64,000 nucleotides of DNA. Origin: an uncultured Micavibrio sp. GTDB taxonomy: Bacteria; Pseudomonadota; Alphaproteobacteria; Micavibrionales; UBA2020. Below, one piece after another: positions 8,887 through 17,726 of the stretch (the first letter of the stretch is position 1; the number at the start of each line of letters is the position of its first letter). The notes under the pieces were generated by a model. It made no database searches, was not told the DNA's origin, and was given only the letters and a program-made list of their open reading frames with translations. The translations under genes and the position numbers were made by a program. The stretch is from the NCBI GenBank assembly GCA_964551435.1, contig CAZKBS010000001.1, positions 143,565 to 207,564 on the forward strand, written 5' to 3'.

Positions 8887-9483
8887 CTAGCGGGGCGTCG
8901 GCCAGCCCTGCAACAGGCAATAGAGCGTCAGGCCGTCCATAAGGTTTTTGCGTGCGCTGCCGCGGCGCAGACGGCGGTCGCTGTCCTGCTGGCGGCAACT
9001 GGAGCCGAAAACCAGAATGTCGATAATCATCGCATGACTGATTTTTTCGCGGTGACATTGTTTTGTCCACTCCACATAGCCGTGCACCAGACGTCCGTGC
9101 GCCGCCCCTGCATTCCCAGCGCCCGTCGCGCCCGGAATGCGCTGCCAGTCGGACGAGACATAGCCAAGCCCGCGGCCCATGGTTTCAAACGCCATGGCGA
9201 TTTGCAGGGCGGCATCCTGCTGCGCGCCGCTCATGGCGTCCCAGAGGCGGGCATCGACGATGCGTCTGCGCGTCACATCTTCGCCGCCTGCCGCGCCGCG
9301 CAGGCGCACAGGCGTTGTCGGCGCCAGCAGTTCCTGCCGTGCATGCACATCCGCGGTTTGTAGCGCTGCGGCCTGCGCCACTGTAGACGGCGGCGATTTG
9401 CGGCGCGGCCGTGCGGGCCATTCGGGGCGCCAGTCACGCCAGATATCACCGTGGTTTGCGCCGTTTTTGTCGTCTGCTGACAT
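8887..9483 (-). CDS. Hypothetical protein, early-gene-like
   Basis: ATG at 9483 is preceded by AAGGAG. Strong GC3 bias. The ORF-track extension to 9648 crosses an AT-rich non-coding stretch. Confidence 0.6.
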   Translation of the reverse strand: MSADDKNGANHGDIWRDWRPEWPARPRRKSPPSTVAQAAALQTADVHARQELLAPTTPVRLRGAAGGEDVTRRRIVDARLWDAMSGAQQDAALQIAMAFETMGRGLGYVSSDWQRIPGATGAGNAGAAHGRLVHGYVEWTKQCHREKISHAMIIDILVFGSSCRQQDSDRRLRRGSARKNLMDGLTLYCLLQGWPTPR

Positions 9484-9562
9484 CCTGTATTTCTCCTTTA
9501 AAAATAGCGTCTGGTAAAATAGTGACGGATAAAAATGAATGGGTATAAAGCTTCGGAAAATA

Positions 9563-9910
9563 TCATGCGGGATGTTCGCCGCGGCAGCGCGCGCGGTGGG
9601 CGCGCACACGGTCGGTCGAAAGACGCTGTACCTGCGTCCATTCGGCAATGTGGTTATCGGTCGTGATCATGCCGCGGGTATAAAGCGTATCCAGCGCCGC
9701 CGCGATACACGCGGCATCCATATCCGTCAGCGCGGCGATATCATCGGCATCCAGCCCGGCAAGACTGCCGCGCGGGCGGTTGCGGCTAGCGTGGTCGTAG
9801 AGCACCGCCCAGAGCGCCAACATTTCCCCCCGCTTGAGCCCTGCACGCCGCGCCACCGTCCAAAGGCGCGGGTCCAGCGAAACACCGTTTTGCATTTTGA
9901 ACCATTCCAT
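9563..9910 (-). CDS. Hypothetical protein, resembles phage replication-organiser/helix-turn-helix N-terminal modules
   Basis: RBS AGGGGG precedes the ATG at 9910. First gene of a minus-strand operon divergent from the cI-like repressor. The resemblance is a by-eye impression only. Confidence 0.5.
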   Translation of the reverse strand: MEWFKMQNGVSLDPRLWTVARRAGLKRGEMLALWAVLYDHASRNRPRGSLAGLDADDIAALTDMDAACIAAALDTLYTRGMITTDNHIAEWTQVQRLSTDRVRAHRARCRGEHPA

Positions 9911-10162
9911 GTGCCGCCCCCTGTTTGCAGGCTGTTGTTTCCGGCATACCTCCGGCGGTGCGGCAAGGATGCTTTTTTGCGGCCCTGCCGGTCATGCAAA
10001 CCGGACGAATCTTGTACGGGTGGATATTGCGTTATTCGCAACTTTTAGTCCAGAAAAATCTTTTCTCTATATTTTAATTATAAATATCAATGGTTTTATA
10101 TTATATCGCCGCTGTTTATATATTGCGCTTTTCACAAAAAACTAAATGCGCTAATCTCAATT
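9911..10162. promoter_or_regulatory. Divergent promoter/operator region between repressor and early-like operon
   Basis: AT-rich core at 10030..10160 with repeated (G)TTTATAT(T)AT elements. TTTTCA (10129..10134), 17-nt spacer, TAATCT (10152..10157) ends 5 nt before the repressor ATG, which has no RBS. This is compatible with a leaderless transcript. Confidence 0.4.
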
Positions 10163-10753
10163 ATGTCCCGTTTGCACGAAAAGATTCGCGATATCCTGGA
10201 TAACAACCCGCAGCTGACGCAGCGCGGGCTTGCCGCCGTGATGGGGCTCGACCCTGCGGCGGTGAACCGCATGCTGCATGGCCGCCGCGGTATCATGGCG
10301 GAAGAAATTCCGATGATCGAAGCCTACCTCGGCCAGAAGCTCGACTTTGTGTCCAGCGGCGCGCCCGCCGCGGCAGCAACGCCTGCCGTGCCCGCGCTGC
10401 CCGACAGCATGGCCCCCATTCCCGTGCGCAGCCTGCAAGGCGACGCCACCATCGACTGGACGGCCCGCCACCCCGCGCAGGCGGGTATTGCGGATGCTTT
10501 CGCGATTTATGTCGGTGACGACAGCATGGCGCCGCGATATTTGCGCGGTGAAACCGTCTATGTGCATCCGCACCGCCCCCCGCGCGCGCCGCAGGATATG
10601 GTGTTGCAATCGGTATCCGGCGCGATGACGCTGTGCCGCCTTGCCGCACAAAGCGGCGACCGTCTGCACCTGCAATTTTTCAACCCGCCGCGCGAAGAAA
10701 TCCTTGCGCAGAGCAGCCTGCGCGCCGTTTATGCCGTGGTCGGGCGCGGATAG
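10163..10753 (+). CDS. cI/LexA-like repressor (XRE-type HTH plus peptidase S24 domain)
   Basis: N-terminal HTH is LTQRGLAAVMGLDPAAVNRMLHG. S24 segment is VGDDSMAPRYLRGETVYV. The position normally occupied by the catalytic Lys reads MTLCRL. Confidence 0.8.
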   Translation: MSRLHEKIRDILDNNPQLTQRGLAAVMGLDPAAVNRMLHGRRGIMAEEIPMIEAYLGQKLDFVSSGAPAAAATPAVPALPDSMAPIPVRSLQGDATIDWTARHPAQAGIADAFAIYVGDDSMAPRYLRGETVYVHPHRPPRAPQDMVLQSVSGAMTLCRLAAQSGDRLHLQFFNPPREEILAQSSLRAVYAVVGRG

Positions 10754-10795
10754 ACCGCGCGTTTATTGCCACACAGTTTTTTAGACAAACAAAAA

Positions 10796-10821
10796 CCCCG
10801 CGGCCGAAGCTGCGGGGTTTT
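10796..10821. terminator. Bidirectional intrinsic terminator between convergent genes
   Basis: CCCCGC, 10-nt loop, GCGGGG. Flanked by an A-run upstream and TTTT downstream. Confidence 0.6.
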
Positions 10822-10847
10822 CGCGATCTCCTTTGATCGAACGATTG

Positions 10848-11945
10848 TCAGCGGCGCTGCTGGCGCGCACGGCGGCGCGCCTCGGCGGCGGCCTTGCGTA
10901 TGGGATCAAGCTCTTCCTGCTTTTTCGGCTCCGCGCTGGCAGCTGGGGCGGCGGGTTTTTCCGCAGCCGGTGCCGCGTCTTTTTTCGCGCCCGTGTTGAA
11001 ATCGCCCGCAGCGGGTTTTTCAGCCAGCTTTTGCGCAGGCTGCGCGGTCTGGCGCACATCTGCGCCATAGCTGTCATCAAGCGGTTTATAGAAGGGTTTG
11101 CGGTTTTTGTTGCCGCTGTTGTCGTTTGCCGCCGCGCCTTCGCGCAGTTTGTTGCGGCATACCAGACCCGCCGCGATGCCCGCGGGAATAGCCAGCGCAA
11201 CAACGGCCGCCGCGCCATAAATAGCCGCCGCCGCGCCGATGCCAACCGTCGCCGCCGCCGCCGTGAGCGTACCCATGACAGACGATACGACACCCGCCGG
11301 AACAACCGCCGCGCCCGCCGCCTGCGCCGCGGCAAGGCCGCCGACCGCCGCGCCCGCGCCGGCCACGCCAAAGCCCGTCCATTTAACGGTATGCAGCAAC
11401 GCTTTTTTCACGCTGGCGAAAACACGGCCCAGACGTTTTTTGAGGGTGCCGTTTTTCTGATGATCCAGCCATTCAGCTTCGCGCTCGCGCATGAAATTGC
11501 GCACGGGCATGGACTCCACACCCGCTTTCCAGCTGCGCCAAGTGCGCAAACCGAAATAGCCCGTCGCTGCGATGGCGCCGATGGAAACCCATGTCGTCAT
11601 GACGGGCGTCAGAACAAATACAGCCGCCGCCGCCGCGCCGTATTTCGCCGCCGATATCCAGCGGTCCTGCGTGGAAATGCGGTTTTTGTTGTCGCTCTCG
11701 CTCGGACGGATGGCGCGAAAAGCGTTGTAACCCGCCATGCCGACCAGACCCGCCGTCGCAATCGGCAAATAGGTCAGCACAAGACCAATTTGCTGCGTGA
11801 TCAGATACGTCGCGCCGCCCGACACGCCCGTGCCCGCCGCCGAAGACACCAGCGGTTTTTGCTGTTTGGTTTCGAAAATGCCTTTGGTCTTCTGCCAGAA
11901 ATACCAGAGCTTGCCGGGGGATTTGCCTTCGTAGCTGACGCTCAT
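10848..11945 (-). CDS. Gly/Ala-rich multi-lobed hydrophobic membrane protein with charged tail (Inc-like)
   Basis: Three long G/A-rich hydrophobic blocks, for example GFGVAGAGAAVGGLAAAQAAGAAVVPAGVVSSVMGTLTAAAATVGIGAAAAIYGAAAVVALAIPAGIAAGLV. Followed by a K/A/P/E-rich disordered C-terminus. Confidence 0.7.
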   Translation of the reverse strand: MSVSYEGKSPGKLWYFWQKTKGIFETKQQKPLVSSAAGTGVSGGATYLITQQIGLVLTYLPIATAGLVGMAGYNAFRAIRPSESDNKNRISTQDRWISAAKYGAAAAAVFVLTPVMTTWVSIGAIAATGYFGLRTWRSWKAGVESMPVRNFMREREAEWLDHQKNGTLKKRLGRVFASVKKALLHTVKWTGFGVAGAGAAVGGLAAAQAAGAAVVPAGVVSSVMGTLTAAAATVGIGAAAAIYGAAAVVALAIPAGIAAGLVCRNKLREGAAANDNSGNKNRKPFYKPLDDSYGADVRQTAQPAQKLAEKPAAGDFNTGAKKDAAPAAEKPAAPAASAEPKKQEELDPIRKAAAEARRRARQQRR

Positions 11946-12064
11946 GTTCTTGCCTTTACTTATCTGGTTGTATGCGCGGCGCGGCCCTGACAGGACGGCG
12001 GGTGGCGCATCGAATCTTGCGAATGAAAACAGGCCCAGTATATTGCCATAATAGGTAAAGTCAA

Positions 12065-12087
12065 AGTATTTTTAGGTTAAAAATACT
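12065..12087. repeat. Perfect AT-only 10-bp inverted repeat
   Basis: AGTATTTTTA, spacer GGT, TAAAAATACT. Located between the end of the ankyrin gene (12110) and the start of the 10848..11945 gene. Confidence 0.5.
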
Positions 12088-12109
12088 CAATAATAACATA
12101 TACTTAATA

Positions 12110-12742
12110 TCACTTCGGGCGGCGCGGATGCAGCTGCACAACCTTCAGGGGCACGATGTCGCGCTGAAGCACGCAATTCTGTTCAAACAGCCGCGCCCGC
12201 GTCGCGGCGGCATCGGCATCGCGGCGCTGCCCGAGCACCGCCATGAAACTGGCAAATTCTTTCGGCGGCAAATGTTCGCGCGCGAGAGATTCGGCATCCT
12301 CGCCTTTTTTGTTCACAACATCCAGCGCCGCCCCCGCCGCCGCCAGACGGCACGCCGCCCAGCCATGACCGGCACGCGCCGCTTTCATCAATGCCGTATC
12401 GCCGTGAATATCATCCTGCGCATCCAGCGCGGCGCCGGATATCAGCAGTTTTTCAACCGCGCCGCTCAGCATTTTTGCACAGGCAAACATCAGTGGCGTC
12501 TCGCCCGCGGCCGTGACCACGTCATGGCGCGCGCCATGGTGCAGCAGCAGCGCCGCGTGTTCTTCGTGCCCGTTTTCAAGTGCGTAGAGAAGCGCGTTTT
12601 TACCGGCGATATCTACGGCATCAATCTGTTTTTTATGTCTGGCGATTTCTTTATGCAGCGCGGCAAGGTCGCCATAGGCCGCCGCGGTCAGCAGCGCTTG
12701 CGGCGGCTCGGCCGCTTTTATTTTAAACGCACCGCGCAGCAT
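12110..12742 (-). CDS. Ankyrin-repeat protein
   Basis: Repeats include GKNALLYALENGHEEHAALLLHHGARHD, GETPLMFACAKMLSGAVEKLLISGAALDAQD and GDTALMKAARAGHGWAACRLAAAGAALD. Its start overlaps the stop of the upstream gene by 1 nt (TGATG). Confidence 0.85.
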   Translation of the reverse strand: MLRGAFKIKAAEPPQALLTAAAYGDLAALHKEIARHKKQIDAVDIAGKNALLYALENGHEEHAALLLHHGARHDVVTAAGETPLMFACAKMLSGAVEKLLISGAALDAQDDIHGDTALMKAARAGHGWAACRLAAAGAALDVVNKKGEDAESLAREHLPPKEFASFMAVLGQRRDADAAATRARLFEQNCVLQRDIVPLKVVQLHPRRPK

Positions 12743-13236
12743 CAGGGCGCCCGCTTGCGCACAGCGAGCGGCGAGAGCAGCGCCACCGCCTGCTGCGCGA
12801 CGCTATGCCGCGCCGCCGTCGTTTCACGCACAAAGGCCAGCAAATCCGAAGCCCCCTGCGCGCGCAGAATATCAAGGGTGTTTTCACCGCTCTGGCGCGT
12901 GCGCGCCGTATCCGCCCCGGCATCGAGCAGCACCGCGAGGGCGTTTTTGCGGCGGCTTTCGGCAGCGATCATCAGCGGCGTTTCGCCGGCGGCAGACACC
13001 GCATCAACCTCCGCGCCATGCGCCAGAAGAAACCCCGCACATTCGGCATGGCCATAAAGCGCCGCCCAGTGCAGCGGCGTCCAGCCTTCATCATCGCGCG
13101 CCGCAATGCGCGCGCGCAAATCGGGAAAAGCCATCAGACCGGCAAGGTCGCCCTGCGCGACAAGATTTGAAAATTTTTCATCCACGCCGAGCGGCGCATC
13201 GTTATCGTCAGAAACGGGCGTGGCGCGGGGCGGCAT
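12742..13236 (-). CDS. Ankyrin-repeat protein
   Basis: Repeats include GWTPLHWAALYGHAECAGFLLAHGAEVDA and GETPLMIAAESRRKNALAVLLDAGADT. The ATG abuts the osmC-like stop (TAAATG). Confidence 0.85.
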   Translation of the reverse strand: MPPRATPVSDDNDAPLGVDEKFSNLVAQGDLAGLMAFPDLRARIAARDDEGWTPLHWAALYGHAECAGFLLAHGAEVDAVSAAGETPLMIAAESRRKNALAVLLDAGADTARTRQSGENTLDILRAQGASDLLAFVRETTAARHSVAQQAVALLSPLAVRKRAP

Positions 13237-13662
13237 TTACGCGCCGCCTTCCAGACGGGACAGCAGGCGCGGGTTGTTGCCCAGTGTTTTGTGCACGGGG
13301 CATTTGTTGGCGATTTCCAAAAGACGCGCGCGCTGTTCGGCATCAAGTTTACCTTCGAGCGTGATATCGCGGGTAATCACATCAATCACGGCATTGCCCA
13401 TGTCGTCTTCGCGGTGATGCGTCAGGCGCACGGAAACTTTATCCAGCGGCCAGCCCTTGCGCTCGGCATACATGCGGATGGTGATGCTGGTGCAGCTGCC
13501 CAGCGCGGCGAGCAGCAGTTCATACGGCGTCGGCCCCTTGTCCTGTCCGCCCTTTTCGACGGAAGCGTCGGAAAGGAAATGATGCGTTTTGCCCGTGACG
13601 TTTTGCACGAAATTGCCATCGCCGCTATCCGCAACTGTGACTTCTGTCAGACCGTCTGCCAT
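13237..13662 (-). CDS. OsmC/Ohr-family peroxiredoxin-like protein
   Basis: Motifs GPTPYELLLAALGSCTSITIRMYAERKGW and LLEIANKCPVHKTL are characteristic of the OsmC family, including the two conserved Cys. Confidence 0.85.
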   Translation of the reverse strand: MADGLTEVTVADSGDGNFVQNVTGKTHHFLSDASVEKGGQDKGPTPYELLLAALGSCTSITIRMYAERKGWPLDKVSVRLTHHREDDMGNAVIDVITRDITLEGKLDAEQRARLLEIANKCPVHKTLGNNPRLLSRLEGGA

Positions 13663-13712
13663 GTGAAACCCCTTTTATACCTGAAGTGTTTGAACCGTGC
13701 GAAAGCCGGATA

Positions 13713-14486
13713 TCAGCCGTTTTTCGGGCCGGCGTTTTTGCGCGGCGCGTTTTTTTCCGATGCGCTATTGGCGGGCGTATCGCCCTTGGGCTTGTCATCC
13801 AGCGCGTCGTGGATTTTATCCTCGATCGCATGAGCGCCTTCTTTGGCTTTCAGCGCGGCCCAGCGGCCAAAGGTTTTGAATACCGATGCGCGGCTTTGCG
13901 CCGGTTTTTCAGGCACAGGCGCCGCATCGGCTGCGGGCGCGGCATTCGCGGTTTTTTGTTTTTCAGCGGCGGCGGTCGCTTGCGCCCGCGCTTCGGCGGC
14001 TTTGCGTTCTGCTTCCTGTGCGCGTTTGGCTTCGCGTTCGCGCTTCACCTGCGCGGCGCGTTCCTGCCAGGCGCGTTTCAGCTCGTTCGCCTTCATCTCC
14101 AGATATTTGTTTTTGACGATGTCCTGCACATCACCCATGTAGTCGGCCTTGATTTTCATGACCTGCGCCCGCGCGAAATAGCCGGACGCGGCAGCCGCAC
14201 CCAAAGACGCCACCCCCACAGCGCCCGCCACCAGCAGCGTCGGCGCCATAGCAACGCCCGCAATCCCTGCGCCGATCGCGGCAATCCCGCCCAGCGCAAA
14301 ACCCGCCGCGCGTTTCAAACAGCCGCGAATACCGGCATGGGTTTTCACCATGTCCTTCACGGTATTGATAATCCATTTATTGGTGGGCAACAGGGCGGAA
14401 TGCGGATCGATATCCGGCAGCATCATGCGCGCAAGGCGCGTTTCGGGGTTCAGCGGCTTTTGCACATCTGCTGTCGGCACGGGCAT
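13713..14486 (-). CDS. Bilobed-hydrophobic-domain membrane protein with coiled-coil and basic tail (Inc-like)
   Basis: Bilobed segment is FALGGIAAIGAGIAGVAMA-P-TLLVAGAVGVASLGAAAASGYF. It is followed by a charged helix, KRAWQERAAQVKREREAKRAQEAERKAAEARAQ. Tail is TPANSASEKNAPRKNAGPKNG. Confidence 0.7.
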   Translation of the reverse strand: MPVPTADVQKPLNPETRLARMMLPDIDPHSALLPTNKWIINTVKDMVKTHAGIRGCLKRAAGFALGGIAAIGAGIAGVAMAPTLLVAGAVGVASLGAAAASGYFARAQVMKIKADYMGDVQDIVKNKYLEMKANELKRAWQERAAQVKREREAKRAQEAERKAAEARAQATAAAEKQKTANAAPAADAAPVPEKPAQSRASVFKTFGRWAALKAKEGAHAIEDKIHDALDDKPKGDTPANSASEKNAPRKNAGPKNG

Positions 14487-14595
14487 TCTCCCTTCCGGAC
14501 ATCAAGAATCAATTTTTGAAACACAAAATTCAGGCGTCAGACTAGCACTTTTTCATAGCGCGGGAAAGCTTTTATGGTCCTGATAAATCAAGGAT

Positions 14596-15588
14596 TTACG
14601 ATTTTGGACCCGCAATATTCTTGCGTGCAGGCGCCGCTGTGGCGGCAAGCGGTGTTTCGCGTGCGCCCGCGCCCTGTTTTTGCGCGCCGGCGTCTGTGCG
14701 GGCGGCGGCATTGAAGCCGTCATTCGCCGCCGGCATCGTGCCCGCGGCGGGCGGCGCACTCTCCGGTGTCAGGTCGGCGGTGGGATTCTCCGCGGTCTGC
14801 TGGACTTCCGCCGCTGCCAGCGCCGCCGCCTTTGCGCGTTTTTTCTCGCGCATATGCCGGATACCTGTGATGCCGAAATAAAGCCCGCTGATACCCGACA
14901 CCAGATAGCTGGTCGCCGTGACCGCCGCGACCGTGATAAGACCACCCAGCGCCACGACCGGCAAAACCAGAATTTGCGTCGCCAGCGCCGCCGCCCCCAG
15001 CACCAGCGAAATCGCCGCGCCGCCGACGGCAATGCCGCCCAGCACATTGTCTTGCTGGCCTGCGGTCAGCCTTTTGGTCATCTTCCACGCGCGGCTGTTC
15101 AGAAACCCTTTAACGACAGGAGTTTCCAGCACCTTGCGCACGGCGGGTTTTTCACACTGACGTTGCCACCAATTGGGCCCTTTGCTCTCCGGCTTCGGCG
15201 GCAGCGGTTTGCCCGTGACATTCGAATAAATTTTGCGCAGACGATACCATGACCGCGCACCGCCCGCGACAATCCCGTAGGCGCCGATACCCACCACCGC
15301 ACCGCAGGCCGCAATGCCCGCCGCCGCCAGCATAAAGGGCGCGGCAACGACATAGGAAACAGTCAGTACGCTCGCGATCACAATCGCGCTCGCCCCGCCC
15401 TTGACGGCCAGCGCATGCACCCAGAATTCGTGTTCGTGCATCAATTCCTTGGCGAAGGATTTGGTCATGCGCCAGCGGCGGCCAAAGCCGCTGCCCGCAG
15501 GCGCGTTATCCGCAGACACAGGCGCGCCCGCACCCGCCGATAAGGCGGGGTCTACAGCGGCGTTTTTCTGTTCGGTTTGCATGGACAT
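14596..15588 (-). CDS. Gly/Ala-rich double-hairpin membrane protein (Inc-like)
   Basis: Two roughly 45-60 aa G/A/V-rich hydrophobic blocks are separated by a basic loop. Tail is AAPARKNIAGPKS. Confidence 0.7.
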   Translation of the reverse strand: MSMQTEQKNAAVDPALSAGAGAPVSADNAPAGSGFGRRWRMTKSFAKELMHEHEFWVHALAVKGGASAIVIASVLTVSYVVAAPFMLAAAGIAACGAVVGIGAYGIVAGGARSWYRLRKIYSNVTGKPLPPKPESKGPNWWQRQCEKPAVRKVLETPVVKGFLNSRAWKMTKRLTAGQQDNVLGGIAVGGAAISLVLGAAALATQILVLPVVALGGLITVAAVTATSYLVSGISGLYFGITGIRHMREKKRAKAAALAAAEVQQTAENPTADLTPESAPPAAGTMPAANDGFNAAARTDAGAQKQGAGARETPLAATAAPARKNIAGPKS

Positions 15589-15948
15589 GCAGGAATTATA
15601 AAACTTTATAAACGGACGATAGCCGCCGAAGTCCGAAAACGGGTATCGACAGCCCCCTTAAAAGGGCAGGGCATGATTCAACATATTCACGGCAATGGCA
15701 AGAATCGTTTTGCCCGTTTTGGCGCGATTTTGTTCAAAAACACCTAAAATCCGGCGTAAAAAATCCTGCCGGACGCGGGAATTAAGCCATTGAAAAATAA
15801 TAGCAAAACTAACAATTTTAAAAGCCGTCCAAAAACCCTGCGGTCTTCACCAATCGTTAACTTTATTTGCATAAAGTCTATGTATACACGAAACGCCGCA
15901 GCATCCGAAAAAGCGGCGATATCGTAGAAAAACCGGGAGGATACAACA

Positions 15949-16347
15949 ATGAGCGACATCAAAGGATATATCTACGTCGGCAAAGGTCACGACGATGCGG
16001 CCCACAACGGCCTCGGCGCGGATGTGGCGCGTTTCGTTATCGTGCATAAAGGCCGCGAGGCGGAGGCCGAGAGCCTTGCCAATGCCTTCAAGAGCGCGAA
16101 AGATCACCTGCGTGTGCGCACGGGCGTTGTGCAATGGCGCGCCGAACAGGTCGACGAGCAAATCGAGAAATTGAAATCACGGCCGGAGCTGGCCGACACA
16201 CTGGGCCAACTGATGCGCGCCAAAGCGGATCTGAGCGGCGTCAGCGCGGCAGCCAGCAGCGAGTTCGGCAAAAAAGCTGTCAAGACGGTCAAGCCGGTAC
16301 CGGCCACGCCGCAGCACCGCGCGCGTCCCGCAGGCCTTCACGCATAA
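15949..16347 (+). CDS. Hypothetical protein
   Basis: RBS GGGAGGA with a 7-nt spacer (TACAACA) to the ATG. Coding-like bias, no recognised domain. Confidence 0.55.
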   Translation: MSDIKGYIYVGKGHDDAAHNGLGADVARFVIVHKGREAEAESLANAFKSAKDHLRVRTGVVQWRAEQVDEQIEKLKSRPELADTLGQLMRAKADLSGVSAAASSEFGKKAVKTVKPVPATPQHRARPAGLHA

Positions 16348-16489
16348 CGCGCGGCGGTTTGCAGCACGCTTCGGCAAAGGCTGAAGCGCGGCGCACAAGA
16401 TGACTTTACTTTCGGACTAATGGGGTCTCGTCCGCCGGGACGTAAATAACGGGTTTCGTGTCCTCCCGGACATGATGGGGAAAACTGAA

Positions 16490-16519
16490 GGGCCGTCCGC
16501 ATGTGACGGCCCTTTTTTT
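16490..16519. terminator. Intrinsic terminator (possibly bidirectional)
   Basis: GGGCCGTC, 7-nt loop, GACGGCCC, followed by TTTTTTT. Confidence 0.75.
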
Positions 16520-16543
16520 ATACGCGGACGGGCGTCTTCAGCT

Positions 16544-17599
16544 TCAGCGCCCCTCTGCCGCCGCGCGGCGTGCGCGCCACATCGAAAACCCGCCTGCCAG
16601 CATGGCCAGCCCCGCAATACCCAAAAGCCCCGGCCACAGGGCGTTCATTACCGGCCCGCGGTCTATTATCGCCTTGTCCGCCGGTGCGGCGGGGTCGTAG
16701 AGAACCGTGACCGGCTCGCCTTCCCGCAACAGTGGGTGGCTGCTGCCCTGACGTTCGGTGAAGGCATGGTCTTCGCTGCGCGCATCGCTGAAGGATACCC
16801 GCGCGCGGTATGTCACCGTATCGCTGCCGCGCGACGTTTCAAAACCGACAATCACCCCCTGCGCACGCTGGCCTATCATCGACAGCCGATAGACGTCGCC
16901 GCCCAGATACCACGCCCCCCACAGCGCGCCGAGACCGAGCAGAAACAGCAGCGGCATCGCCGCGCGCTGCGCCTGTTCGGTTTCGGCGGCAAGGCGGCGG
17001 CCGTCGGGACTTTGCAAATAATCCTCGGCGGTGGTCAGATTCATTTTATTGAATTTTTCTTCGCGGCGACGCTGCATTTCGGCGCGAAAGGCGCTTTTGG
17101 TTTTGCGCGCATCCTTGGGCAGCAGGATTTTGTGAAACCGCCGCAGCCCCGCAAGAACAAACACCGCCAGCACCATCCAGCTCATCGGCGTGAAGGGATG
17201 GGCGAAAAGCCCCATACCCAAAAGCACAAGGCCGGGGATGAGAAAAATAAAACCAATAAGAAAAATGCCGCGCAAATCGCTGCGGATGGATTTGGGATCG
17301 TCGGGGAAAACATAGAGCGTCACCTCGCGCCCCGTTTCCTTGCCCTTGATGATGCTGGAGCCGGTATCGGATACCGTTTCATAAGTTTCCCCCGTCGGCA
17401 TCATATAGCGGTAAACCGCATAGAACATCCGCCCGCTATGGCGCACCCCAGTAATAATCGCGGGCACGCGCAGCGCCCGCAGATAGGTATGCAGGCCGAA
17501 AAGCACAATCGCCCCGCCCAAAAGCGACAGCACAAGCCCCGCCGACAAATATACCGCCTGATGAAAAGCCGTCATGGCGTCAAAAGTCATTTCGAACAT
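16544..17599 (-). CDS. Membrane protein with two DUF3592-like modules
   Basis: ATG at 17599 is preceded by AGGAG. The architecture TM, beta-rich module ending (V)TL(Y)..P..P, TM occurs twice (VTLYVFPDDP and VTVLYDPAAP). Confidence 0.65.
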   Translation of the reverse strand: MFEMTFDAMTAFHQAVYLSAGLVLSLLGGAIVLFGLHTYLRALRVPAIITGVRHSGRMFYAVYRYMMPTGETYETVSDTGSSIIKGKETGREVTLYVFPDDPKSIRSDLRGIFLIGFIFLIPGLVLLGMGLFAHPFTPMSWMVLAVFVLAGLRRFHKILLPKDARKTKSAFRAEMQRRREEKFNKMNLTTAEDYLQSPDGRRLAAETEQAQRAAMPLLFLLGLGALWGAWYLGGDVYRLSMIGQRAQGVIVGFETSRGSDTVTYRARVSFSDARSEDHAFTERQGSSHPLLREGEPVTVLYDPAAPADKAIIDRGPVMNALWPGLLGIAGLAMLAGGFSMWRARRAAAEGR

Positions 17600-17726
17600 T
17601 TTTGCTCCTGCCTTGCCGCGCACGGCTGCGCTGGCCATCGGGGGCGCGCGGTGTTAGACTGCACATGAAAAAAACAGACGTATCTATAGCCCCAGAATAC
17701 AAAACACCCGAGGGAAAGGACAAGCC

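Noticed and set aside
8518-9363. 281-aa plus-strand ORF across the early-like operon
   Set aside because: The translation is Arg-rich junk with no RBS. The minus-strand genes have RBSs (AAGGAG) and proper GC3 bias.
10833-11990. 385-aa plus-strand ORF
   Set aside because: The translation is extremely Arg-rich (RRRRRRER-type), which is characteristic of antisense to a Gly/Ala-rich gene. The minus-strand membrane protein is the plausible gene.
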